A DNA stretch of 64,000 bases, from assembly GCA_035938215.1 (NCBI GenBank), contig DASZHC010000054.1, positions 830 through 64,829 on the forward strand. Direction: 5' to 3'. This DNA is from Chthoniobacterales bacterium (GTDB lineage Bacteria > Verrucomicrobiota > Verrucomicrobiia > Chthoniobacterales > JAFAMB01). The position numbers and the translations under genes are program-made. Shown here piece after piece: positions 38,262 through 47,481 of this stretch (within the stretch, counting starts at the first letter, position 1; every line of letters starts with the position of its first letter). Under the pieces are notes generated by a model. The model made no database searches, was not told the origin of the DNA, and saw only the letters and a program-made list of their open reading frames with translations.

Positions 38262-39754
38262 CAGGGGAGGTTCGCGTGGATATCCGGCCTCGTACCATGT
38301 AAAACCTTGCTCCATCCGGAGCGCAACGATTCGCGCCGGTCCTGACTCATGCGCGGAGTGAAAGTTTCGCCAGCCTTCCATTGGGAGCTGATCTCCCCAG
38401 TCGATTTGAAGTAGCCCACGCCCAGACCCGCCAGGTAAGCGGCACCCATTGCCTTTGTTTCATCATTCTTCGGGCTGACGACAGGAACCCCGAGTATGTC
38501 CGCTTGAAACTGCATGAGCAGTTTGTTCTTGCAGGCGCCACCATCGACGCGCAGGTCGGAAAGCTGGATGCCGGAATCGGATTCCATCGCCGTGAGGATA
38601 TCCGTCACCTGATAGGCAATACTTTCAAGGGCTGCGCGAGCGATGTGGCCAGCCTTTGTGCTTCGCGTCAAGCCAACGATCCGTCCCTGTGCATACGGAT
38701 CCCAATAAGGGGCCCCCAAACCGGCAAAGGCGGGCACAAAATAGACGCCTCCGTTGTCCTTCACCGTAGCGGCGAGTTGTTCAACTTCGTCAGCCGATCG
38801 GATGATTCCCAATCCGTCCCGTAACCACTCAACCACAGCGCCTGCGCTGAAGACGCTGCCTTCGAGGGAATACTCGGTTTTGTGATTAATTCGCCAGGAA
38901 ACAGTCGTAACCAATTTGTTCTTTGAAACGATCGGCTGTGACCCCGTGTTCATGAGCATGAAACAACCGGTACCATAGGTATTCTTCACCATTCCCGGCC
39001 GGTTACACATGTGGCCAAAAAGCGCAGCCTGCTGATCCCCGGCATTTCCGGCGATTGGGATTCCGCGAAGCCCTGTTGTCACCTCGCCATAAATTTCGCT
39101 GGAACCTCTAATTTCTGGCAACAGCAGCCTTGGAATACCGAGCGCGTTGAGAAGGTGATCATCCCAACTATGCGTACGAATGTTATAGAGCATTGTTCGA
39201 GACGCATTCGTTTCGTCTGTGCAGTGGCACCGACCCCCCGTGAGTTTCCAGATCAGCCAGGAGTCGATCGTTCCAAAGGCCAGTTCACCCCTCTCAGCGC
39301 GCTCCCGGGCGCCAGGGACGTGATCCAGAAGCCAACGAACTTTCGTGCCGGAAAAATACGCATCGATCATAAGCCCGGTTTTTCGCTGAATAAACGGCTC
39401 CAAACCGTCGGCTTTCATCGTTTCGCACATGGGCGACGTCCGACGATCCTGCCAAACGATCGCGTTAGCAATCGGCTGCGAGGTTTGCCGATCCCAAATC
39501 ACCGATGTTTCGCGTTGATTGGTAATGCCGACGGCAGCAATATTCTCGGGCCCGATGTTTGCCTGACGCAATGCTTGAGTAGCGACACCGATTTGGGCCG
39601 ACCAGATTTCGTTGGGATCATGTTCCACCCAACCCGGGTGCGGATAAATCTGGGTGATTTCCTTCTCTGCGACCGAAACCTTTTGACCGAGATAATCCAC
39701 CACCAGTGCGCGAGCGTGCGTAGTGCTTTGATCAAGAGCGAGAAGATATTTCAT
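38261..39754 (-). CDS. glycerol kinase paralogue (copy 2, divergent phosphate-1 loop)
   Basis: 497 aa. Collinear with copy 1 at roughly 70% identity by eye, but has [10 protein letters not shown] where copy 1 has [13 protein letters not shown] overlap with the dhaM stop. Confidence 0.9.
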   Translation of the reverse strand: MKYLLALDQSTTHARALVVDYLGQKVSVAEKEITQIYPHPGWVEHDPNEIWSAQIGVATQALRQANIGPENIAAVGITNQRETSVIWDRQTSQPIANAIVWQDRRTSPMCETMKADGLEPFIQRKTGLMIDAYFSGTKVRWLLDHVPGARERAERGELAFGTIDSWLIWKLTGGRCHCTDETNASRTMLYNIRTHSWDDHLLNALGIPRLLLPEIRGSSEIYGEVTTGLRGIPIAGNAGDQQAALFGHMCNRPGMVKNTYGTGCFMLMNTGSQPIVSKNKLVTTVSWRINHKTEYSLEGSVFSAGAVVEWLRDGLGIIRSADEVEQLAATVKDNGGVYFVPAFAGLGAPYWDPYAQGRIVGLTRSTKAGHIARAALESIAYQVTDILTAMESDSGIQLSDLRVDGGACKNKLLMQFQADILGVPVVSPKNDETKAMGAAYLAGLGVGYFKSTGEISSQWKAGETFTPRMSQDRRESLRSGWSKVLHGTRPDIHANLP

Positions 39755-42252
39755 GCCGTAAGGCTTCTAGAGAATTTTCGAACATCCGACGCGGCGCTGA
39801 ACGAAGTGATTCTTGGTGCCAGTTGGCTGGAGATCCACCCGGCGTTCAATTTTCGGATCAGAGATTTCGTTCCCGGAATTGCTGCCGTCGTTACGCTGAA
39901 CTCGCGCAAGCCCAATCCCAGCAAGATGGGAATAGCATCGGGATCTGACGCTGCCTCGCCGCAAACGGATGCTTCCACTCCATTTTCACGCGACTTTCGG
40001 ATTACCTGTTCACAAATTCGTATGACAGCTGGATGGAGCGGGTCAGCGAACGCTGAGAGTGCAGGACTTCCGCGTTCCGCACAGAGCAGATATTGGGTCA
40101 GATCGTTCGTGCCGATGCTTAGGAAATCGATATGCGGAATAAGTTGATCGATCAACAGAGCCGCGGCCGGCGTTTCGATCATCGCGCCCAGGGGGATTGG
40201 CCAATGACATGGGAGTGCCTGGTTCCTGAGTTCGTGCGCCAGTTCATCCAGGAGCCTTTTCAGGTCGAGGATTTCGGAAACATCGGTGATCATCGGCACG
40301 AGAAGCTTGAGCGGAACGGATTCAGCGAGCCTCAACAGGGCACGCAGATGGGTGCGCAAAAATCCCGGATTGGCAAAGAGCAATCTGATCCCTCGCACAC
40401 CTAGAAAAGGGTTGGCTTCTTTGTGCGAGCGCAAGAACTTGAGCGGCTTGTCTGCACCTACATCCAGCAAACGGACGGTGATAGGCAAGACTTTCTTGTC
40501 GCTTCCAAACGCGCGGCGATAGATGTTCAGCTGTTCCTCTTCGTCCGGTTCGTGGTTAAAATGCTGAAAAAGGAATTCTGAGCGAAAAAGTCCAATCGAT
40601 TCAGCGCCATATTTATGCGCGTTGGAGATATCCTGGGCAGAGCCCGCATTTGCCGCTACGAGGATTTGAACGCTATCTGAAGTTACGGCCGGTTGCTCGC
40701 TCTGCTTCAACGCTTCTTCCAGCTGAGAATATTCAAGTTGCTGCAATCCTGTAAGCCGCGCAAGAAGATCGGAGGGAGGATCGATCCAGAGTGAACCTTC
40801 AGCGCCGTCGATAGCGACTGTACCCGCGGTTCGAATCTTTTGCTCATAGCTTTGCGCGCCGCCGATCGCCGGAAGATTGAGAGCGCGTGCTAGAATGGCG
40901 CCGTGGGACGTTGTCCCGCCTTGCAGTTGAATCACGCCAAAGATGCCAAGGCGAGTAAGCTCTTCGGCAAGAGATGGAGTCAGTTCGTCGCAGACCAATA
41001 TTTGACCGTCGGTAAATGGTTTCTCCTGCAAAGGGGAAGCGTCTGTCTCAATTATGTGATCCAATGCGATCCGTTCCACCTCGCGGAGATCTGCGGCGCG
41101 AGCGCGAAAATAAGGATCATCGGCTCTTTCCTGATCCGCGATATGGCGAGCCAGGATCTGGTGCCATGCCGCGGCGGAATTCAGGCGATCTTTCCGGATT
41201 TTTTGCTCGACCTCATGGACGATCGACGGATCTTGCAAAATCATGCGCTGCGCTTCGAGGATCTCAAGATCAATGGGTTGCAGAGAAGATCGCAGGCGGC
41301 TGACCCGGGCGTCGAAATCTTCGGTCGAAGCGTCTAGAGCCAAATGAAGCCGCGAAATTTCCGAAGCGATCTCGGAGTCCGTCTGAACCTTGTAGGTCGG
41401 AATTTCGGCGGGAATCGAAGCAAAAAAGGCGGGATGGCCGATCGCGATTCCTCGCGACACGCCGAATGTACCGGATTTCTTTGGTTCTTCAGCGAGCTTG
41501 GCAGAAGCCGCGGCTTGCCGTGGAGATTCACCAAATTGGTTTGCAACCAACGACCGGATCGAATCAATCAAGGGTTGAGGGTCTGGCGAGGAAATCGAGA
41601 AGCGGACGGAGTCTCCCTGCCGAATCTGGAGTCGCGTGACATCGACCAGACTTTTTGCCGCAACCGGCCCGCGACCGGCGGTCAGATTTTCGATCAATAC
41701 CTCTCCTTGAAATGCGGCCAGCGTTTTTATCAGAGTCGCGGCGGGCCGAAGATGCAGGCCATGTTCGTTCTCGACTGTGAGCTCCAGGATTTCAGATCCG
41801 GAGGGGGTAACGATCGACAGCCCTTTGTCCTCAACCGGGATGCTATCCTGGACATGGTCCTGTTTCGGAAGCAGGCTTTCCCGGGCCGCCTTGGCTACGT
41901 CTGAAATCGGGGAGCCCAACTGCGCTTGAACGGCGGCGGCGATACCGCCTTCCACAAGAGGGGCAGAACTAAGAACGATTTTCTCCTGCTGTTGAAAGTC
42001 GAGAAAATCCTTCGCCGTCTCTGCGCTAAGAATAGCGCTTCCCATATCCATGAGCACCAAAACACCCTCCTCCGAATAGACGCTTGTAACCGCCTCCTGA
42101 ATTTCAACCGCATCGGTTCCCAATTCCTCTCGTTTGTCGCCGATGCCACCCGAGCAAGCGATAGAAAGATTGGGGTGAACCGTGCGACGAATCAAGTCGA
42201 CTGCGGCCTCCGCCAAAGGCCGGCTGTGCGAAACCAGGACAAGTCCTACCAT
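39751..42252 (-). CDS. dhaM: DhaM-type multiphosphoryl transfer protein: EIIA(Man)-like + HPr-like + complete enzyme I domain
   Basis: 833 aa. [13 protein letters not shown] (EIIA His), [11 protein letters not shown] (HPr His), [19 protein letters not shown] (EI His), C-terminal PEP-binding barrel ([22 protein letters not shown]). Confidence 0.85.
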   Translation of the reverse strand: MVGLVLVSHSRPLAEAAVDLIRRTVHPNLSIACSGGIGDKREELGTDAVEIQEAVTSVYSEEGVLVLMDMGSAILSAETAKDFLDFQQQEKIVLSSAPLVEGGIAAAVQAQLGSPISDVAKAARESLLPKQDHVQDSIPVEDKGLSIVTPSGSEILELTVENEHGLHLRPAATLIKTLAAFQGEVLIENLTAGRGPVAAKSLVDVTRLQIRQGDSVRFSISSPDPQPLIDSIRSLVANQFGESPRQAAASAKLAEEPKKSGTFGVSRGIAIGHPAFFASIPAEIPTYKVQTDSEIASEISRLHLALDASTEDFDARVSRLRSSLQPIDLEILEAQRMILQDPSIVHEVEQKIRKDRLNSAAAWHQILARHIADQERADDPYFRARAADLREVERIALDHIIETDASPLQEKPFTDGQILVCDELTPSLAEELTRLGIFGVIQLQGGTTSHGAILARALNLPAIGGAQSYEQKIRTAGTVAIDGAEGSLWIDPPSDLLARLTGLQQLEYSQLEEALKQSEQPAVTSDSVQILVAANAGSAQDISNAHKYGAESIGLFRSEFLFQHFNHEPDEEEQLNIYRRAFGSDKKVLPITVRLLDVGADKPLKFLRSHKEANPFLGVRGIRLLFANPGFLRTHLRALLRLAESVPLKLLVPMITDVSEILDLKRLLDELAHELRNQALPCHWPIPLGAMIETPAAALLIDQLIPHIDFLSIGTNDLTQYLLCAERGSPALSAFADPLHPAVIRICEQVIRKSRENGVEASVCGEAASDPDAIPILLGLGLREFSVTTAAIPGTKSLIRKLNAGWISSQLAPRITSFSAASDVRKFSRSLTA

Positions 42253-42330
42253 TCGATAACGGATGCTATGCGCGCTCCAGGTCGCAAGCGACCGGGAACG
42301 CTTCGGTTAGTTGATTCTACTTTGATCCTA

Positions 42331-42966
42331 TTACAGAGAAAGAGTCTCAGCAGCTGCGCGGAAAAGAAGGACAGTCGAAGTAGCGCCCGGATCCGCGTGT
42401 CCAGCACTCCGCTCACCTAAGTAACTCGCCCGCCCCTTTCGCGCGACGATTGGAATCGTCGATCTCAATCCCTCTTCCGCCGCAACCGTTGCGCTTTCCA
42501 GAGCCTTCTGCAGGTCCTCTCCAGCCCCGATCGAGTACTTATAAGCTTTGATGGCCGGCTGCAGCGCATCGACCATGGTCTTGTCGCCTACTGCGGCCTT
42601 TCCTCGCAATACAATTCCCGCGAGACCTTTATCCAGTACGGTTCCGAACTCGGCCGGAGAGAGTTCAGGTTTAGCACCGGCGGCCGTGCTTGCCTGCAAA
42701 AAGAAGGTTCCATACAACGCACCGCTTGCCCCACCCACCGTTTGAATAAGCGTCATCGCGACGATTTTGAACAACCCGCCGACGTCTTTGTTCTGAAGGT
42801 CCGCCTTCTTCGCCAGAACGGCTTGAAAACCGCGATGCATGTTTGCGCCGTGATCTGCATCACCAATCGCGGAATCGAGTTCGGTTAGATAATCTTTCTG
42901 GTCTGCGATATGTCCGGCATATCGCTCAATCCAGCTGATAAATTTATCTTTGGAAATATTGGACAT
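42331..42966 (-). CDS. dhaL: dihydroxyacetone kinase, ADP-binding subunit
   Basis: 211 aa. LDSAIGDADHGANM motif. Confidence 0.9.
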   Translation of the reverse strand: MSNISKDKFISWIERYAGHIADQKDYLTELDSAIGDADHGANMHRGFQAVLAKKADLQNKDVGGLFKIVAMTLIQTVGGASGALYGTFFLQASTAAGAKPELSPAEFGTVLDKGLAGIVLRGKAAVGDKTMVDALQPAIKAYKYSIGAGEDLQKALESATVAAEEGLRSTIPIVARKGRASYLGERSAGHADPGATSTVLLFRAAAETLSL

Positions 42967-43051
42967 AATTTTCTAGCGAATTCGGGAGCAACTCTCTGGG
43001 AACTGGTGGTGGAATGTGGCTGAGTGGCAACGAGTTGTAGATTGCGGCGTT

Positions 43052-43132
43052 GGTAGGGCCGGATCTCCGAGCCGGCCGGTTGCTGGCTGGCAGCCAGGTT
43101 CTCGACGGGCGGCTCGGAGATCCGCCCCTACC
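43052..43132. repeat. family A double-hairpin element (copy A4) inside the dhaK-dhaL gap
   Basis: GGTAGGGCCGGATCTCCGAGCCGGCC ... GGGCGGCTCGGAGATCCGCCCCTACC. Preceded by an F-like half GTAGATTGCGGC. Confidence 0.85.
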
Positions 43133-43266
43133 AAGTCGTATGAGTCATCTTGAGCTTTTTGCACAAGTCACATAGCTTCAAGTAGTTGTGAACGCTATCT
43201 AGACCAGCTGAGAGTCGCTCCCGGAATGGCGCATGCGGACGCCCGGACCTTTCGGTCGCGTTCCGA

Positions 43267-44268
43267 TCAGGTGCCCCACCGAAGACCCGGAGTCAAGACC
43301 GGTGCATCCCAAAGCCTTGTCAACTCGTCATCCAGCTTCAAGACTGTGATCGATGTGCCCGCCATCTCCAGACTGGTGATGTATGGGCCGACCAGACTCC
43401 GCGTCACCTTGATCCCGGCTTTCGTGAGAATTTCGTGTGCCTTGCGGTAAACAACGAAAAGCTCCAGGAGCGGTGTTCCACCCATGCTATTGACAAAAAG
43501 GAGAACTTCATTCCCGCTCTTAAAAGGCAAATCCTCTACGATCGGTCCGAGAAGAATTTCAGTAATTTCGTCAGCGCTTTTGAGCTTTGTTCTGGTGCGT
43601 CCGGGCTCGCCGTGGATACCTATGCCAATCTCCATCTCGTCCTCTGGAAGATCGAAGGTCGGCTTGCCGACGTGAGGCACGGTACACGAAGTGAGAGCCA
43701 TTCCCATGCTACGACCGTTGGCATTCACCTTATGGCAAAGGGCAGCAACTTCTTTGAGGGAACTACCTGCCTCGGCGGCCGCGCCGCAGATTTTTTCAGC
43801 AAGCACTGTTGCGCCAACGCCGCGCCGTCCGGCCGTGTAAAGGCTATCCTTCACGGCAACATCATCGTCGATCACCACGGCTTCGACCTCGATAGTCTCC
43901 GCGCGCGCCAGATCGGCTGCCATCTCAAAGTTCATCACGTCCCCGGTGTAGTTCTTGACGATGTGCAGAACCCCATTGCCACCATTCACCGCTTTTGTGG
44001 CTTCATACATTTGGTCGGGCGTCGGACTTGTGAAAACCGCACCCGGGCACGCCGCGTCAAGCATTCCGCGGCCGACGAACCCACCATGCATCGGTTCATG
44101 GCCGCTTCCGCCGCCCGAAACCAGGGCGACCTTGCCCTTTACGGGGGCATCGGCGCGAGTGATGAAATTGGGATTGGTGTGAACTTTGATAATATCGCTG
44201 AAAGCGGCACCGAGGCCGGTAATTGATTCGAGGACAACGTTCTCAGGCGAGTTGATGAGCTTTTTCAT
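43267..44268 (-). CDS. dhaK: dihydroxyacetone kinase, DHA-binding subunit
   Basis: Start at [12 protein letters not shown] (CAT at 44266-44268). [15 protein letters not shown] motif. Confidence 0.9.
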   Translation of the reverse strand: MKKLINSPENVVLESITGLGAAFSDIIKVHTNPNFITRADAPVKGKVALVSGGGSGHEPMHGGFVGRGMLDAACPGAVFTSPTPDQMYEATKAVNGGNGVLHIVKNYTGDVMNFEMAADLARAETIEVEAVVIDDDVAVKDSLYTAGRRGVGATVLAEKICGAAAEAGSSLKEVAALCHKVNANGRSMGMALTSCTVPHVGKPTFDLPEDEMEIGIGIHGEPGRTRTKLKSADEITEILLGPIVEDLPFKSGNEVLLFVNSMGGTPLLELFVVYRKAHEILTKAGIKVTRSLVGPYITSLEMAGTSITVLKLDDELTRLWDAPVLTPGLRWGT

Positions 44269-44368
44269 TTTTAGGGGGGAGAGACTTAAGTTAGCAGATT
44301 TCCTGTTCAGGGATGCTGCAAAAAAGGAAACGACATCATTAAGGATAAGGAAATAAAATAAAACTGGC

Positions 44369-44398
44369 AATACTGAACCAGCCAGCCGGTTCAGTATT
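44369..44398 (-). promoter_or_regulatory. perfect 11-bp inverted repeat between tetR and dhaK (tetR terminator and/or operator)
   Basis: AATACTGAACC-AGCCAGCC-GGTTCAGTATT with T-rich flanks on both strands, about 100 bp upstream of the dhaK start. Confidence 0.4.
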
Positions 44399-44450
44399 TT
44401 TCGCTAAGCGATTCCTTTGTGCCGCCAAGGCTTCTGTTTCCAAGGGATTT

Positions 44451-45083
44451 CTATTTCGCCTCACTCGAAGACGAGCAAGACGAACCCTTGGAATGATTTG
44501 ACCGGTCGAATTCCTCGACTAACTGCAACATGCGCTCGGTGACTTTTCGAATCTGGGAGGGGGTCAGGAAGGAAAGATTTAATAACTCCATCAAGAGCAA
44601 TCCCTGTGATGCGAGAAACAGGACCGCGACATCCTCCATTCTGAGGTTCAACTGTTTACAGAGGTCTTGAAACTCGTTTTGAAACGACTCGCGCATCGGT
44701 GCCACAAGCTTCGGATCATTCGCGATAGCCGCCACGACAGCCGTCAATACCGGTCGCTGTCCCTCAAGGTGGCGAAGAGTTCCGATGATGTTGGCTTTCA
44801 TTTTGCCGTTTCGCTCCCCGATCAGCGATTCAGCAACCTTGGTGTGTTCACTCTCCAGCAGCTGCATCGAGCGTCGGATCATGGCCTCGAGCAAAGCTTC
44901 CTTGGATCGGAAGTGATAGAAAAGGCCGCCCTTGCTGACCTTGGCTTCATTAGCAGCTGTTTCGAGGGTAAGGTGGGCTGGGCCGCGTCTTGCGACAATC
45001 TCTTCGGCTGCCTGCAGGATCGATTCGCGTGAATCTCGTTTGCGTCTACCGGGAACCGGGGGGCCGGTGGGGGTTCGGCTCAT
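44451..45083 (-). CDS. TetR/AcrR family transcriptional regulator
   Basis: 210 aa. HTH region LTLETAANEAKVSKGGLFYHFRSKEAL. Confidence 0.85.
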   Translation of the reverse strand: MSRTPTGPPVPGRRKRDSRESILQAAEEIVARRGPAHLTLETAANEAKVSKGGLFYHFRSKEALLEAMIRRSMQLLESEHTKVAESLIGERNGKMKANIIGTLRHLEGQRPVLTAVVAAIANDPKLVAPMRESFQNEFQDLCKQLNLRMEDVAVLFLASQGLLLMELLNLSFLTPSQIRKVTERMLQLVEEFDRSNHSKGSSCSSSSEAK

Positions 45084-45263
45084 TCCAGATCATACGAATA
45101 ACCGGCCCAATAGTACACCGAAAAGCGCAATCGTCCGGCAGGCGGCCATTTTTAACGCAGCGAAATTCTAGCGAATCAGGTATTCCTCTTCGATTTTCGG
45201 CGCTCGTTGTCTATGCTCTTTTTGCAAGGTCTCAATCCAAATTCAACACGCGGGAATTTATTC

Positions 45264-45533
45264 ATGTTAAGCCTCCTTGGCACTTTACTAATCGGGCTGA
45301 TCGTAGGAGCAATCGCGAAGCTCATTGTTCCTGGGAAGGAACCGGGAGGCTGTCTCATAACGATTGCAATCGGCATCGCTGGCTCGTTTGTCGCCTTTTA
45401 TCTTGGAGGATTACTTGGCTGGACTTCTGGACATCCCGACAGCTTGCGACCGGTTGGCTTTATCCCGTCACTGCTAGGGGCCATTATCCTGCTGCTTATC
45501 TACCATTGGATACGTCGGAGAACGGGGCACTAG
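45264..45533 (+). CDS. GlsB/YeaQ/YmgE family small membrane protein
   Basis: LIGLIVGAIAKLIVPGKEPGGCLITIAIGIAGSFVAFYLG. ATG at 45264 preferred over 45207. Confidence 0.8.
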   Translation: MLSLLGTLLIGLIVGAIAKLIVPGKEPGGCLITIAIGIAGSFVAFYLGGLLGWTSGHPDSLRPVGFIPSLLGAIILLLIYHWIRRRTGH

Positions 45534-46126
45534 TCCACAATCTGGACGGGCGTCCCTACCTCGACGTTGTTGTAAAATGCCTCTGCCATCTTGCCGGGCA
45601 TTCGAATACACCCATGAGAAGCGGGGTAGCCAGGCAAATAGCCTTGATGCATTCCAACACCTCCAGTGATTCGCATAAAAAAAGGCATCGGCGCGCCTTT
45701 GAAAATTGCGCCCGGAGGTTTGGGATTTTTACCTAGGTCAACGTCCTTCTGAACAACATTGCCTGCAGCATCTACATAGTCTCCGTAGAGGTTGGAGGCA
45801 TGATCATGATCCTTCTGCATAATCTTATAGTTCCCAATTGGCGTATTATGGCCTTCTCGTCCGGCGGAGACCTGCGAAACGCCGACCAGTTGATCCCCTT
45901 TGTAAAAATAGGCTCGCTGTTCCTTGAGGTAGATAACAACGGATGGAGGACCGGAAACTCCGTCTCCGTCCCAGTACGAAATCGAGTCAATCCCGGCCTG
46001 TGGACCACCGCCACCAGTTGAAGGGATGTAAGAGGTGTTTGGATTTGCGAGCCGAGCTTTTTCGCTTTCGCCGCACCCCGCAAGCAGGGCTGCTACCAAC
46101 ACGACGGAGGTACATCGCATATTCAT
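45530..46126 (-). CDS. L,D-transpeptidase (YkuD) lipoprotein
   Basis: 198 aa. Lipobox LLAGC. Catalytic HGCIRMP. Confidence 0.85.
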   Translation of the reverse strand: MNMRCTSVVLVAALLAGCGESEKARLANPNTSYIPSTGGGGPQAGIDSISYWDGDGVSGPPSVVIYLKEQRAYFYKGDQLVGVSQVSAGREGHNTPIGNYKIMQKDHDHASNLYGDYVDAAGNVVQKDVDLGKNPKPPGAIFKGAPMPFFMRITGGVGMHQGYLPGYPASHGCIRMPGKMAEAFYNNVEVGTPVQIVD

Positions 46127-46176
46127 ATACGGAGAACAGGTGGGATAACCTGTCTTGCAAAATTGTCAAGCTAGTG

Positions 46177-46444
46177 CATCGAGTCATAAGTAGGGGGCAT
46201 ACCGCCGTCGGTCAGTTGGCTGATTTTCAAGGCGCGAACGACGAGCATATCTCAATCGATACGTAAGGAGTGAGCAACGCTGAAAATCAGCCAACTGGCT
46301 ACGGCCCAAAGGTTGGCTTGAAAAGGGTCCGTCTGCGTCGTTGTTCGTTCGTTACGTATCGCACGGATATGCTCCTCACTCACGCCTCGCATCCAGACCC
46401 TTTTTGAAGCCAACGGTATGCCTCCTACTTATGGCTCGATGCAT
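46177..46444. mobile_element. family B MITE-like element, full-length copy (B3)
   Basis: About 30-bp inverted termini: TGCATCGAGTCATAAGTAGGGGGCATACCG (46177-46206) versus the reverse complement of 46415-44 (27/30). Internal hairpins 46214-30/46282-98 (17/17) and 46312-30/46397-416. Confidence 0.75.
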
Positions 46445-46531
46445 CAGGCACTCCCGTTTTGAGGGTCCCAAAAACCGGTTCTCCTGTTTGATCGAATCGG
46501 TAGCCTCTGCTATATGCTGAACTTGGACCAT

Positions 46532-46876
46532 ATGCCGACGTACGAATATCTCTGCGAAAAGTGCGGACAGACCTTCGAGGCTTTCCAATCAATGAAGGAC
46601 GAACCTTTGAAAATCTGTTCAAAGGAACTCTGCAGGCAAGATCGTTGGGGTCAGGGTACAGTGAAGCGCCTTTTGGGAAGGGGCGCCGGCCTTCTTTTCA
46701 AAGGCTCCGGCTTTTATATCACCGACTACCGAAGTTCAAGCTACAAAGAGAGTGCCAAGAAAGAGAGCAATTCACCGTCGAGCGAGAGCGCAAAGGGAGG
46801 GAGCGCAAAGGGAGGGAGCGAAAAGGCTTCCGGGGCCACAGGTTCTTCGAATAAACCGTCTTCGTCGAACTCTTAG
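46532..46876 (+). CDS. FmdB-family (CxxC_CxxC_SSSS) zinc-ribbon protein
   Basis: MPTYEYLCEKCGQTFE...KICSKELC. Low-complexity tail with a 15-bp tandem repeat at 46786-46825. Confidence 0.8.
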   Translation: MPTYEYLCEKCGQTFEAFQSMKDEPLKICSKELCRQDRWGQGTVKRLLGRGAGLLFKGSGFYITDYRSSSYKESAKKESNSPSSESAKGGSAKGGSEKASGATGSSNKPSSSNS

Positions 46877-46931
46877 CTTCGGCGCTGTGGAGACAAGGTG
46901 ACAAAGGCAGCCGATGCCGTATAATAGCGCG

Positions 46932-47057
46932 ATGTTTCGCTTGACTCGGGGTGAACAGTTGCTCGTGGCCGGATTCAGCTTAGCGCTTCTCGTGGGAGCT
47001 ATCGTCGAACACGCTCGGCAGACTTTCCGTCAACAACACGCCGTTGAGTCAAAGTAA
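46932..47057 (+). CDS. possible 41-aa single-TM protein
   Basis: MFRLTRGEQLLVAGFSLALLVGAIVEHARQTFRQQHAVESK. Ends 5 nt before the next gene. It is below the ORF-track cutoff and was found by reading the sequence. Confidence 0.3.
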   Translation: MFRLTRGEQLLVAGFSLALLVGAIVEHARQTFRQQHAVESK

Positions 47058-47062
47058 GAAAA

Positions 47063-47464
47063 ATGCAGAAATCGTTTAGCGAAGTTGTCGAACTGGTAAT
47101 CGAGAAAGACCCGCGGTACACTAAAGAGGCCTACATCTTCCTGAAGGAAGCGCTCGAATTCACTATCAAGCAAAAGAGGCGAGGCAAGAGCGAAGCCGGT
47201 TCCCATGTCGATGCCGGTGAATTGCTGGACGGTTTCCGGCAACTCGCCCTTAAAGAGTTTGGGCCAATGGTTATGACGGTTCTAGAATATTGGGGCGTTG
47301 CCGCCTCCGAGGACGTGGGCAACATGGTTTTCAATCTGATCGACGCGGGAGTTTTTGGGAAAACGAAATCCGACTCGGTGGAAGATTTTCGTGGCGCCTT
47401 GAATTTCCGAACCGCGTTCGTCGAACCTTTCGAGGCTCGCAGCTCAAAGCCTGCGAAGTCCTGA
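47063..47464 (+). CDS. conserved hypothetical protein, possibly the PVC-restricted TIGR04138 / Minf_1886 family
   Basis: 133 aa. The family guess rests on size and my recollection of the family. No HMM was run. Confidence 0.5.
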   Translation: MQKSFSEVVELVIEKDPRYTKEAYIFLKEALEFTIKQKRRGKSEAGSHVDAGELLDGFRQLALKEFGPMVMTVLEYWGVAASEDVGNMVFNLIDAGVFGKTKSDSVEDFRGALNFRTAFVEPFEARSSKPAKS

Positions 47465-47481
47465 TTTGCTGAAAGAAAGTA

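Noticed and set aside
39011-40147. 378-aa plus-strand ORF, plus similar antisense ORFs at 19883..20452, 43435..44226 and 44990..45736
   Set aside because: Each is antisense to, or runs across, strongly supported genes (glpK2/dhaM, glpK1, dhaK, tetR/glsB/ldt). None has family features.
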